A stretch of DNA of 32,000 bases, from the NCBI RefSeq assembly GCF_003231495.1, contig NZ_PQWO01000005.1:321400-353399 (forward strand). Direction: 5' to 3'. This stretch comes from Acaryochloris thomasi RCC1774. GTDB lineage: Bacteria > Cyanobacteriota > Cyanobacteriia > Thermosynechococcales > Thermosynechococcaceae. Both the position numbers and the translations under genes were made by a program. The notes under the pieces were generated by a model. That model ran no database searches. It saw only the letters and a program-made list of their open reading frames with translations, and was not told where the DNA came from. Below are positions 1-8,875 of the stretch, one piece after another. The stretch's first letter is position 1. The number at the start of each line of letters is the position of its first letter.

Positions 1-273
1 CACGTATCTCAAACAATCCAAGAAGAATAACTTCAGAATAAAGTGATTCAAGCAACAATATCAATTAAAGTTTTCCTGAATTTTTCTTTGGCAGAGCATG
101 TTTTTATCTAAATAGCTCTCCATGAAATCACAAATGCATCATCTGCCTGAAATGAGCAACCCATACTTAAGCTTAGACAGGCAAGTATTGAAAATATGAA
201 GAAGGACAGTGAGAGTAATGCAGCATTCACTATCATCAAGTCTTTTAGAAACTGTAATCACTATTTTTTACTC

Positions 274-297
274 TCTCTCTTCTAATTAGAAGAGAGA
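274..297. repeat. 24-nt perfect palindrome TCTCTCTTCTAATTAGAAGAGAGA (possible hairpin or dimeric-protein binding site)
   Basis: Read directly: the sequence equals its own reverse complement. It lies about 60 nt downstream of the stop of the minus-strand ORF 359..802. No U-tract follows on either strand, so it is not a canonical intrinsic terminator. Confidence 0.9.
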
Positions 298-358
298 TGT
301 GCAGGACTTATATGATCTTTTACCCACACATCCACTCTTCAGATCGATATCGATAATA

Positions 359-802
359 CTAGCAACACCATTTAGGTCCTTTGCCCGGCCACCAAGGACA
401 GATTCTACAAACTGCTTTAACTTGAATTAGCCCATCGCCTGACTTTAGAGAGAAATCCAGCTCTAAATCTTCTTGAGCGATACCTTGTGACGTAAGATGT
501 GCCTCTATCCCATTCTCTGGAAGTGCAGCTTCTAACTCATTAAATCTTCCAACAAAATCCTCTTGAAACTTGGATCTGTCAAACTCTGAGGAGTTGAAGT
601 TATCTTGAACCTCGCCCAAACAACATGCAGCTTTACCAAGACTATCCCCGTTGCAGCTGACTTCAACACTAATAGTTTCGCTGGAATGAAAAAGGCCATA
701 TTTCTGAATTATCTCTCTCCCCCCATGCTCGTGTAGAAATTGGGTTAAGCGTTGCCCTGGAACTTCACTGAGGTCACCACAGGTATCATTTTGTCTCGTC
801 AT
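359..802 (-). CDS. Hypothetical protein, 147 aa, Cys-rich C-terminus (..CRICPWWPGKGPKWCC)
   Basis: ATG start with AAGGA about 14 nt upstream. It is the only long ORF in an AT-rich stretch. I recognise no motif, so it may or may not be expressed. Confidence 0.45.
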   Translation of the reverse strand: MTRQNDTCGDLSEVPGQRLTQFLHEHGGREIIQKYGLFHSSETISVEVSCNGDSLGKAACCLGEVQDNFNSSEFDRSKFQEDFVGRFNELEAALPENGIEAHLTSQGIAQEDLELDFSLKSGDGLIQVKAVCRICPWWPGKGPKWCC

Positions 803-1291
803 AGAATTAACCTATCCTTAGTGCTACTCAATTCATTGCGTATCTTTTTCCATTTATCTAGAATATGTTTAGAAGTCGCCAGAATAAAAGCTGGACACAG
901 TTTGTTTGCCAGCAGTTAGAACTACTCCTATCCCCCAACCACTAAAATCTCAGATAAATGGACAAGTTATATGCAGGATTTGATAAAACTTCGTATTCTC
1001 AATATTGTCGAGAAGTTCAGGCCCTAGGCAGTAACATTAGCTTAAGTTTCTGCTCCCGACTCTAAGTTCTGAGCTGCGGAGTCCAGCCTCTCGTAATATT
1101 AAGAGATCCTATGCCAGTTTAGTTACTGACTCAGAAAAGTCTCTGCACTCTGGTCTTGTAAAAGCGTTACGTGCTAAACCCGGCAGGATCGAGGCCCTAG
1201 TTGGCTGACAAAAGTTGTTCTGTCTAGTGTCAATCCTGCAATATAGCGATGATTGTGGTGGGAGTCAGCATTCTAGAAGGAGAACAAGAGC

Positions 1292-2641
1292 TCAACTAAG
1301 TTGAAGGATTCGAGAGGTGACTGCCAGGCTCTCATTGTATAAAACATCCTGATCCCAGCGTTGGAGCTGCTGACTCAATAAGGTCTCTGCACTTTGATCC
1401 TGGAGCGGAGTTACATGCTGGATTCGGCAGGACTGAGCGCCGCCTCCAGCCTCCATACGCATACAACCCCGCGTTTCAGAACACAGTACTGTGCAGCAGT
1501 CTGCCTGCAAATTTGTTGAAGCTAGCTTCAGGTCAATCATGTCACCCGCAACATCACCGACATCACCGACCGGGACTGCCGCTAATTCAGCTTCAATCGA
1601 TCGCTGATCTTGACTCTTGAACTTAATTCGTTTGAGGTCGTAGTCACCCCCCTCAGATTCTACAGAAACAGGAGTCCACTGTAGGCGACTTGCCAACCAT
1701 CCCAAAAACATCATTGCCTGGGCAGGATTGCCCTTCTCGTAATCAAGGGTGACCCGATCGACTTCCATCAGAGCATCTCGTCGCTCCGGTGGGTCAAAGG
1801 CTTCTGCTGTTAGCTCTTGCCAAGCGGCCAGTCGTCGCCAGTTTAAGTCGGCAATATTGTGATCTGCTTCAACCAGGGATTGAATATTGACTAGCTCAGT
1901 CCCAGCATCATCAAACTCACTGGAGTCCATAATGATGGAGTTACAGGCTGAGCCGAGTCGACTGAATATTTCAGGATTGCTGTTGGGGGTATCTTTCCAC
2001 CAGAGGAACTTGGGTAGCCCACCGATCATCAGGGACTGGACTAGGCCAGCCACGCGGGCCAAGGCTTCCTCGGTGCCTGTGAGGGTAATGTACTCACAGC
2101 AAATTAAAGAACTGCGCTTTTGCTTTTTGATTGGGCAATAGGCTGAAACCTGCGCAGTGACGCCTTCATCCTCGCCAGAGATGGGGCAGAGCGTAATCAC
2201 GCGGCAGGGATTTTGGCTTGCGATCGCATCTGCCAGCCCTGACCCACTCGCATCAAGAACATAGTCCATCGACGGCTGATCGCCAGAAGTTCTTTTCTCA
2301 AGAATCGCCTGCTGCAGTCGCTCCTTGGTCTCTGGTGTTGCTTTCCCTGTCGTTTCTAAGCCATAGGCTTTCTGGGCTGAGCGCAGCGCCACTTCCATGC
2401 GAGGGCCACGAATACCGTCAATGGGGCCTTGATAGAAACCCAGAGCCGCCAGCAGCTGCTGCACTTCTTGAGGCGCATAAACCACCAAACTGAACGTGGC
2501 GGCTCGGGTTGCTGCCGGAGCACTGTTGTCATCGCCAGTGGCGTTATAACCCGTCCAAATTTTGCCCAGCTCTGCCGTAATTTCGTTGAGGGAGACATCC
2601 TTGGGGGACTGTAGTGAAACTAAGGGAGAAGATTTAGCCAT
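1292..2641 (-). CDS. opcA: OpcA, glucose-6-phosphate dehydrogenase assembly/allosteric activator protein
   Basis: 449-aa ORF starting 45 nt downstream of zwf on the same strand, in the conserved cyanobacterial order fbp-tal-zwf-opcA. Size and overall sequence character fit OpcA. It carries an internal peptidoglycan-binding-like segment (LLAALGFYQGPIDGIRGPRMEVALRSAQKAYGLETTGKATPETKERL). Confidence 0.85.
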   Translation of the reverse strand: MAKSSPLVSLQSPKDVSLNEITAELGKIWTGYNATGDDNSAPAATRAATFSLVVYAPQEVQQLLAALGFYQGPIDGIRGPRMEVALRSAQKAYGLETTGKATPETKERLQQAILEKRTSGDQPSMDYVLDASGSGLADAIASQNPCRVITLCPISGEDEGVTAQVSAYCPIKKQKRSSLICCEYITLTGTEEALARVAGLVQSLMIGGLPKFLWWKDTPNSNPEIFSRLGSACNSIIMDSSEFDDAGTELVNIQSLVEADHNIADLNWRRLAAWQELTAEAFDPPERRDALMEVDRVTLDYEKGNPAQAMMFLGWLASRLQWTPVSVESEGGDYDLKRIKFKSQDQRSIEAELAAVPVGDVGDVAGDMIDLKLASTNLQADCCTVLCSETRGCMRMEAGGGAQSCRIQHVTPLQDQSAETLLSQQLQRWDQDVLYNESLAVTSRILQLS

Positions 2642-2686
2642 AGTTTTGCGTTAAGGGGCTTGCGTTAAGGGGGATAGAAAATAGGA

Positions 2687-4216
2687 CTAGAGACGACGCC
2701 AGCGACGGCCATCTTTATTCATAAGCAGCTCTGCTTCCACTGGCTCCCAGGTACCTGCTTCGTAGGTTGGCACAGAATTAGGATCCGCCGGGGCATCCCA
2801 GGCGGCTAGGGCGGGCGTAAAGACACGCCAGGATTCTTCTACTTCGTCAGCGCGGGTAAACAGGGTTTGATCGCCGAGCATTGCGTCTAGCAACAGGCGA
2901 TCGTAGGCATCCCCCTTCGATTGACCAAAGAAGCTGCCGTAGCTGAAGTCCATATCTACGGAACGGGTCCGCAGGTCGGGACCGGGCATCTTGGCTTCGA
3001 AGCGCAGCGAAATGCCTTCGTTGGGCTGCATTCGCATGGTCAGGACGTTAGGGTTTGCCTGCTGGGCTGCGGACTGAAAAATCAGGAAAGGAACTTCGCG
3101 GAAGTGAATCGAGATTTCGGTGACTTTCTTGGGCATCCGTTTGCCTGAACGCAGATAGAAGGGCACACCCTGCCAGCGCCAGTTATCAATCAGCAGCTTG
3201 AGAGCGACAAAGGTGGGTGTTGTAGAGTTGGGATCAACCCCGGGTTCGTCACGATAGCCATCAACGGGTTCTCCCTTCATCCAGCCCTTAGAATACTGAC
3301 CGCGAATGGCTGAGTTTTGCAGCTGATCGGTGTCGGCCAGCCGCATGGCCTGAATTACCTTTACCTTCTCGGTGCGGATACTGTCGGCATCCAGACCGTT
3401 GGGCGGTTCCATCGCAGTCAAGCAGAGAAGCTGCATGACGTGGTTTTGCACCATGTCGCGGAGAGCGCCAGAGCTTTCGTAGTAACCGGCTCGATCTTCG
3501 ACGCCGACCGTTTCAGCGACGGTGATTTGAACATGATCGACAAACTGACGGTTCCACAGCGGTTCAAAAATGGCGTTGGCAAACCGGAACACCAGCAGGT
3601 TCTGAACCGTTTCTTTGCCAAGGTAGTGGTCAATGCGATAGATCTGCTCTTCGGTGCAAACCTCTTGGACAACCTCGTTCAAGGTCTTAGCGGAGCTGAG
3701 GTCACGACCGAAGGGCTTCTCAATGACAAGTCGGGTCTTCACCGGATCAGCCAGCATTTCAGCTTTGCCGAGCTGCTGAATGGCTGTGGCAAAGAACTTC
3801 GGTGAGACAGATAAGTAGAATACGCGGTTGCCCATTGTGCCGCGCATGCCGTCAATTTCTTCGAGGCGATTCTTGAGCTTTTGATAGGATTCGGGATCGT
3901 CAATATTCCCGGAACAGTAAAACAGCCCTTGGGCAAAGTTTTCCCAGAGTTCTTCTGATTGAATGCCGTCGGAAAATTCTTCGACACCTTCGCGCATCTG
4001 CTCACGGAAGTGCTCGTCGCTCCAGTCACGACGAGCGACGCCGACAATGGTGAGTTCTGCAGGTAATCGTCGCTGTTGCTTGAGGTGATAGATGGCGGGA
4101 ACGAGCTTACGCTGGGTGAGATCGCCGGAGGCTCCGAAGATCACCATGATCAGGGGTTCGGGAGTGCGCTCTCGGCGGAGGCCAACGCGAAGGGGGTTTT
4201 CTGCAAGTGTGACCAT
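2687..4216 (-). CDS. zwf: Glucose-6-phosphate 1-dehydrogenase
   Basis: Motifs GASGDLT (NADP binding), EKPFG and RIDHYLGKE (active site). I place the start at the ATG at 4216 ([11 protein letters not shown]..) rather than the ORF-track start at 4288, whose 24 extra residues are G/C-tract-derived and unconserved-looking. Confidence 0.95.
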   Translation of the reverse strand: MVTLAENPLRVGLRRERTPEPLIMVIFGASGDLTQRKLVPAIYHLKQQRRLPAELTIVGVARRDWSDEHFREQMREGVEEFSDGIQSEELWENFAQGLFYCSGNIDDPESYQKLKNRLEEIDGMRGTMGNRVFYLSVSPKFFATAIQQLGKAEMLADPVKTRLVIEKPFGRDLSSAKTLNEVVQEVCTEEQIYRIDHYLGKETVQNLLVFRFANAIFEPLWNRQFVDHVQITVAETVGVEDRAGYYESSGALRDMVQNHVMQLLCLTAMEPPNGLDADSIRTEKVKVIQAMRLADTDQLQNSAIRGQYSKGWMKGEPVDGYRDEPGVDPNSTTPTFVALKLLIDNWRWQGVPFYLRSGKRMPKKVTEISIHFREVPFLIFQSAAQQANPNVLTMRMQPNEGISLRFEAKMPGPDLRTRSVDMDFSYGSFFGQSKGDAYDRLLLDAMLGDQTLFTRADEVEESWRVFTPALAAWDAPADPNSVPTYEAGTWEPVEAELLMNKDGRRWRRL

Positions 4217-4280
4217 AGAGGCGGAGGGCTTTCGTAACGTCGGGGAATTCAAAACAGAGGTGCTGCACTGGCCCCCCCAA

Positions 4281-4298
4281 CCCCCCAATTTTGGGGGG
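4281..4298. other. C6-AATTTT-G6 hairpin in the tal-zwf spacer, flanked by an extra C7 run (4272-4278)
   Basis: Read directly: CCCCCCAATTTTGGGGGG. It lies within the minus-strand operon transcript between the tal stop and the zwf start. Confidence 0.7.
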
Positions 4299-4401
4299 AG
4301 AGTACCAAAAGTTTGGTCTGGTTTCCCGAAGGGAGTGAGTGCCTATTGAGAAAGCGCTGGCTTTAGCTAACTACCAATGAGTAATAGTGAACCGTGCCAA
4401 C

Positions 4402-5544
4402 CTATACCGTGGCTAGTTGTTTAACCTTTTCTTCCAGGGAATTTAACAGTACGTCGAAGGGCTGCACGAATTTATCAATGCCTTCGTTTAGTAGTTCGGC
4501 CATCACCTGATCGAGATCAATGCCGATCTCTGGGGTGGCAAGGCTATCAATGACCTGATGCGCCTCAGCCAAGCCTTGCTCAACGCGGTTATCAACGTCA
4601 CAGTGATCGGCGCAGGCTTCTAGAGTGTTGGGGGGGAGTGTGTTGACGGTATCAGGGCCGACCAGTTCATCGACATACATGACGTCGCTGTAGGCGGGGT
4701 CTTTGGTGCTGGTGCTGGCCCATAACAGGCGCTGGATGTTGGCTCCCTTGGCTGAGAGTGCTTTCCAACGGTCGGTTTGGATGATCTCTTTGTACTTTTC
4801 GTAGGCGATCTTGGCGTTTGCGATCGCAACCTTCCCCTTCAGCCCTTTCAACTGCTCTGTAAACGCTTCTGTTCCGGCCTTTGCAATCCGCTCATCCAGC
4901 AGGCCATCCACCTTAGAGTCAATCCGACTCAAAAAGAAACTCGCCACCGACGCAATCTTGCTGATGTCTTCGCCCTTCGCCACCCGGGCCTCTAGCCCGC
5001 GAATATAGGCGTAGAAGGTCTCTACATAGCTATCAACAGCAAACAACAGCGTCACGTTCACGTTGATGCCGCTGGCAATCACCTCTTCCACCGCTGGTAG
5101 CCCCGCCTCTGTACCCGGGATCTTAATCATGACGTTCTCGCGCCCAATTTCTTGATAGTAGCGATGGGCTTCTTTAATCGTGGCCGCAGTGTCGTTGGCA
5201 ATATTGGGCGGCACTTCAATACTGACGTAGCCATCTAAACCACCGGATTGTTCATAGAGAGGTTTGAAAACATCGCAGGCATTGCGGATATCGTCAAAAA
5301 TTAGCGATTCATAGATATCCATGACCGATTGCTCGGCCTTGATGCCAATGTTGATGTCACCGTCGTAGGTGGCGTTACCTGCGATCGCCTTTTCAAAAAT
5401 AGCTGGGTTTGAAGTGATGCCACGAACACCCTGGTTTTCCATCATCTCCTTCAGTTGGCCGGACTCAATGATGTCGCGGCTGAGATTGTCCATCCAGATA
5501 CTTTGTCCGAATTCTTTGATTTCGAGTAAGTGATTAACTGCCAT
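4402..5544 (-). CDS. tal: Transaldolase
   Basis: Motifs GITSNPAIFEKAI, VSIEV and MIKIPGT (Schiff-base Lys region). I prefer the start at ATG 5544 (MAVNHLLEIKEF..), which is preceded by GGAGAG. The ORF-track start at 5556 is a TTG four codons upstream. Confidence 0.95.
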   Translation of the reverse strand: MAVNHLLEIKEFGQSIWMDNLSRDIIESGQLKEMMENQGVRGITSNPAIFEKAIAGNATYDGDINIGIKAEQSVMDIYESLIFDDIRNACDVFKPLYEQSGGLDGYVSIEVPPNIANDTAATIKEAHRYYQEIGRENVMIKIPGTEAGLPAVEEVIASGINVNVTLLFAVDSYVETFYAYIRGLEARVAKGEDISKIASVASFFLSRIDSKVDGLLDERIAKAGTEAFTEQLKGLKGKVAIANAKIAYEKYKEIIQTDRWKALSAKGANIQRLLWASTSTKDPAYSDVMYVDELVGPDTVNTLPPNTLEACADHCDVDNRVEQGLAEAHQVIDSLATPEIGIDLDQVMAELLNEGIDKFVQPFDVLLNSLEEKVKQLATV

Positions 5545-5598
5545 CGTTCTCTCCAAGTCAATAATAATTGTGAGCTAGGTTTTTACTACACATCCGTT

Positions 5599-5617
5599 CC
5601 CCCCTTGAGAAGGGGGG
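5599..5617. other. C6-TTGAGAA-G6 hairpin in the fbp-tal spacer, flanked by an extra G5 run (5621-5625)
   Basis: Read directly: CCCCCCTTGAGAAGGGGGG followed by CTAGGGGG. It has the same architecture as the element at 4281-4298. Confidence 0.7.
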
Positions 5618-5664
5618 CTAGGGGGAATCTCTAGGCGCTCTGCAACACAGCAATATCTCAACGA

Positions 5665-6726
5665 CTAACTTTTCAGCACAGGCTCCTGCTCTCGCACCCG
5701 TTCATCAATAAACGACTTCACCAAAGCAACGTCTTCGGTACTGCCGATGATTAGCGGTGTGCGGGCGTGAAGATAGTCCGGAACGACATCTAACAGAGGA
5801 TGCTTCCCGGTAGAAGCTGCACCACCAGCCTGCTCTAGCAAAAATGCCAAAGGTGCGGACTCATAGAGCAAGCGCAGCTTGCCGTCTGGCTTCTCTACTG
5901 TGCCGGGATAAATGAACACACCGCCCTGCAGCAAAATTCGGTGAAAATCACCCACCAGTGCACCGCTGTAGCGAGCGGTATAGCCTTCATGGCGATGGAC
6001 ATAGCGAGTGAAGTCCCGCAGCGCCTCGTCCCACTGCCAGAAGTTCCCTTCATTAACGCTGTAGACAGGACCGTGCTTCGGCACCTGAATACTCTCAGAA
6101 GATAGGATAAATTCACCAAGACTAGGATCTAGCGTAAAAGCATGGACGCCTTTACCAATGGAGTACACCAGCACCACACTGGGGCCATAGAGAATGTATC
6201 CGGCCGCTAACTGTTGATGACCATCTTGCAGCAGGTTCGCACCATTTTGATCCGGGTCTTCGCCGGTCTGCTGCCGGATCGAAAAGATAGAGCCGACATT
6301 GAGGTTGATATCTACATTAGAAGAGCCATCAATGGGATCGTAGAGCAGCGCATACCGGCCAATGGGGCAGTTCTCAGGAATGTAGTAGGGTTTCTCCATT
6401 TCCTCTGAAGCGAGCTGGCAGACGAGGCCACTTTGCTTGAAGACGGCAATAAACACCTCATTGGCGTAGATGTCCATCTTTTTAACTTCTTCGCCCTGGA
6501 CGTTGGTATCGCCTGTGAACCCTAAAGCGCCTTCGACGAGGTCGGCTCGACTGAGACGGCGGGCAATCAGCTTCCCGGCGAGACCAATGCGCGTCATCAG
6601 CGCACTGAGGTCTTGGGCGTCAGGGCCAAAGCTCTGGAGCTGCTCCAAGATATGACGAGAGAGCGTCGTGCAGTCCCGATCTAATGCGTAGTCGTAAGTG
6701 ATATCTAAATGGGTGTTGTCTGACAT
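5665..6726 (-). CDS. fbp: Fructose-1,6-bisphosphatase class 1
   Basis: Motifs DPIDGSSN (metal site) and [21 protein letters not shown]. 353 aa. First gene of the fbp-tal-zwf-opcA run. Confidence 0.93.
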   Translation of the reverse strand: MSDNTHLDITYDYALDRDCTTLSRHILEQLQSFGPDAQDLSALMTRIGLAGKLIARRLSRADLVEGALGFTGDTNVQGEEVKKMDIYANEVFIAVFKQSGLVCQLASEEMEKPYYIPENCPIGRYALLYDPIDGSSNVDINLNVGSIFSIRQQTGEDPDQNGANLLQDGHQQLAAGYILYGPSVVLVYSIGKGVHAFTLDPSLGEFILSSESIQVPKHGPVYSVNEGNFWQWDEALRDFTRYVHRHEGYTARYSGALVGDFHRILLQGGVFIYPGTVEKPDGKLRLLYESAPLAFLLEQAGGAASTGKHPLLDVVPDYLHARTPLIIGSTEDVALVKSFIDERVREQEPVLKS

Positions 6727-6880
6727 TCAGCCTCCCCGTATGGGTATTGCGTCACCGTCGTGAACAGTTGTTACCCTTCCAACTTCCTATCTTAAGGAGG
6801 CATTTTGAGAATGGGCTGAGTCAGGTCTGAACTATAGGAAACCTTTAGATTCTGAGGTGATAACGGTCGAGGAAGGTCAC

Positions 6881-7222
6881 TCAGCTTGGAGCTTCTGCAA
6901 ATGTCCCCATGGCTCCGAGTCTGATTGTGATTAGTTCTACGTCTGTTAGTGCTTCATGTGGTCCTTGTCGTGTTTCTTTAGGTGTTGTCCAAAAACAGCC
7001 TGCTTCACAGCGTCTACCTCCTGTTTGGATGCTGCCTGAAACGACAAAAACGTATTCGTCAGCGGGATGTGTGTGGACTGGAATAATGGTTCCCTGCTTC
7101 ATCCTGAGGCGATGAATAGATCCTTCTGGGACTGGCTCTGCTAGAACAGCCCAACTGCTACCGGGAAATGCATCTAACGCTGAATATTCCTGTACTGACA
7201 AGTCTTGGAATGTTTGAGCCAT
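6881..7222 (-). CDS. Cupin domain protein (ChrR-like cupin)
   Basis: Cupin metal motif IIPVHTHPADEYVFVVSG within a 113-aa ORF with an ATG start. Confidence 0.7.
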   Translation of the reverse strand: MAQTFQDLSVQEYSALDAFPGSSWAVLAEPVPEGSIHRLRMKQGTIIPVHTHPADEYVFVVSGSIQTGGRRCEAGCFWTTPKETRQGPHEALTDVELITIRLGAMGTFAEAPS

Positions 7223-7375
7223 GATTTTACCTGCGCGGTCACGAGGACAAGTCTAGAAAGTCAACATTGGGTCTGTAACTTTACTCTGGAGGGTTTCTCA
7301 GCTTTGGACTGTGATTAAGCTGTACAGTAATCGCCAAGGTGGCTGTCCACCCCGTGATCTGTTCAATAACTCTGT

Positions 7376-8806
7376 GTGAACATGCTAGTTGCAATTAGCT
7401 TTGTTGTGTTTCTACTGCTGTTCACTGGCGTAGGCTTGTACTCAGCAACCCAAAAACAAGGCACGACCGCTGACTATTTATTAGCGAGTCGAGGCGTTAA
7501 TCCTTGGCTGACAGGTCTATCTGCTTTTGCCACTGCCCACAGTGGCGGCATGTTTATTAGCACAATTGGCTATACCTACACCGCTGGCATTTCTTCGGTG
7601 TGGTTGTTGGTGGGCTGGTTTTTGGGGGACTATCTCACTTGGTTCTTTATCCATAAACGGTTACGGTTGCAATCGGCTGAAGTAGGGGCAGATACCTTTG
7701 GTTCTTTTCTCGGTGCTATTACAAAGGGTGAAAAACCCAATCGTGCGATCGCATCTCTCTCCGCTCTAATTACCCTCGCTTTCCTCGGCTGCTACGCTGC
7801 TGCTCAACTCCTCGCCGGTAGCAAAGCCCTCCACGTTGTTTTTGGCTGGGACTACTCCATCGGCATCATTTTGGGGGCCATCATTGTCGTTCTCTACTGC
7901 TTTTCTGGGGGCATCCGAGCCTCGATTTGGACCGATGCAGTGCAGTCCATCGTCATGATGGGTGCCATGTTTTTATTGATGGGCATCGCTCTTGCAGCCT
8001 GCGGCGGCTTTGGCGGTCTGTGGACTCAGCTCCAGGGACTTGATCCCGCATTGGTTGATCCGGTGCCGAAAGATCTGCAATTTGGCTTTGTATTGTTCTT
8101 ATTGAGCTGGCTGATGGGCGGTGTTGGCGTTGTCGGTCAGCCACATATTATGGTGCGGGCGATGGTGCTGAAGTCCAGTGAGCAGATGGGCATCTCACGC
8201 AATATCTATGCGGGACTGTACGTTATTTTCTCTACTGCTGCGGTGATTACAGGGCTGACGGCTCGGGTCTTAGTTCCAGGCTTGCTTGAGGGTGGCGATC
8301 CTGAGTTAGCGCTGCCCTTGATGGCCACTGAGCTGCTACCGGGGCTTCTGGTCGGGCTGATTTTGGCCGGGGTCTTCGCCGCCGTCATTTCAACGGCGGA
8401 TTCACAGATCCTGTCTTGTTCGGCGGCTTTGACCCAGGATTTGTTTCCCCAGTGGGCGGGGTCTTATCGATGGGCGAAGCGGGCGACGGTGATTTCAGCG
8501 GGGCTGATAGTTGCGATCGCACTTTCCAGCAACAAAAATATGTTTGCCCTCGGCGTGTTTGCTTGGTCGGCCCTTGCCTGTGGCCTCGGGCCGCTGCTGA
8601 TGGTGCGCGTTTTTGCGTTGCCCGTTAGCCCAGCCGTGGGAGCTGCGATGATGACGACAGGTGTCGCCGTCGCAGCTATTTGGAATGCTGTCCTTAAGTT
8701 CTCGGGATCGGTCTACGAAGTCTTGCCAGGGATGCTGGCGGGGGGGGCAGTCTACCTGCTTGCTTGGCTGTGGAAGAGACAGCATGTACAGGAGTCTGAG
8801 ATCTAA
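7376..8806 (+). CDS. Sodium:solute symporter (SSS) family transporter
   Basis: 476-aa, highly hydrophobic multi-TM protein with SSS-like layout (PutP/PanF-like N-terminus, GGMFISTIGYTY, GQPHIMVR). The start is ambiguous between GTG 7376 and ATG 7382. Confidence 0.82.
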   Translation: MNMLVAISFVVFLLLFTGVGLYSATQKQGTTADYLLASRGVNPWLTGLSAFATAHSGGMFISTIGYTYTAGISSVWLLVGWFLGDYLTWFFIHKRLRLQSAEVGADTFGSFLGAITKGEKPNRAIASLSALITLAFLGCYAAAQLLAGSKALHVVFGWDYSIGIILGAIIVVLYCFSGGIRASIWTDAVQSIVMMGAMFLLMGIALAACGGFGGLWTQLQGLDPALVDPVPKDLQFGFVLFLLSWLMGGVGVVGQPHIMVRAMVLKSSEQMGISRNIYAGLYVIFSTAAVITGLTARVLVPGLLEGGDPELALPLMATELLPGLLVGLILAGVFAAVISTADSQILSCSAALTQDLFPQWAGSYRWAKRATVISAGLIVAIALSSNKNMFALGVFAWSALACGLGPLLMVRVFALPVSPAVGAAMMTTGVAVAAIWNAVLKFSGSVYEVLPGMLAGGAVYLLAWLWKRQHVQESEI

Positions 8807-8875
8807 GCGATTGATGCCCACGGCTTTGACCCTGTTCAGTCCTTAGATCGACTAACTTTGATGTCAGCCCTCTGC

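Noticed and set aside
1-1291. AT-rich left flank as a possible insertion sequence or prophage end
   Set aside because: There is no transposase or integrase ORF, no terminal inverted repeats and no tRNA-linked att-like duplication. Only compositional deviation is seen, so I report it as a finding of modest interest rather than as a mobile element.
3317-3805. 162-aa plus-strand ORF, and similar ORFs at 1887-2141, 2218-2493, 4092-4349, 10522-10941, 16688-17134, 23913-24272 and 24079-24534
   Set aside because: All lie antisense within or across well-supported genes (opcA, zwf, ppk2, glnA, LCP). Their products are low-complexity Arg/Ser/Pro/Gly-rich sequences with no motifs. This is the usual result of stop-codon depletion opposite GC-rich coding sequence.
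4217-4288. 24-codon N-terminal extension of the zwf ORF ([11 protein letters not shown]..)
   Set aside because: It is translated from the C/G homopolymer hairpin element. The conserved G6PDH N-terminus begins at the ATG at 4216. The same logic applies to the TTG extension of tal (5545-5556), the 33-codon extension of the dehydrogenase (9794-9892) and the TTG extension of the LCP gene (24516-24623).
8741-8752. G8 homopolymer run (GGCGGGGGGGGCAG) as a possible phase-variation tract
   Set aside because: It lies inside the symporter CDS, which is in frame and encodes a plausible Ala/Gly TM segment. A single run of this length in a GC-rich genome is not evidence for slipped-strand regulation.
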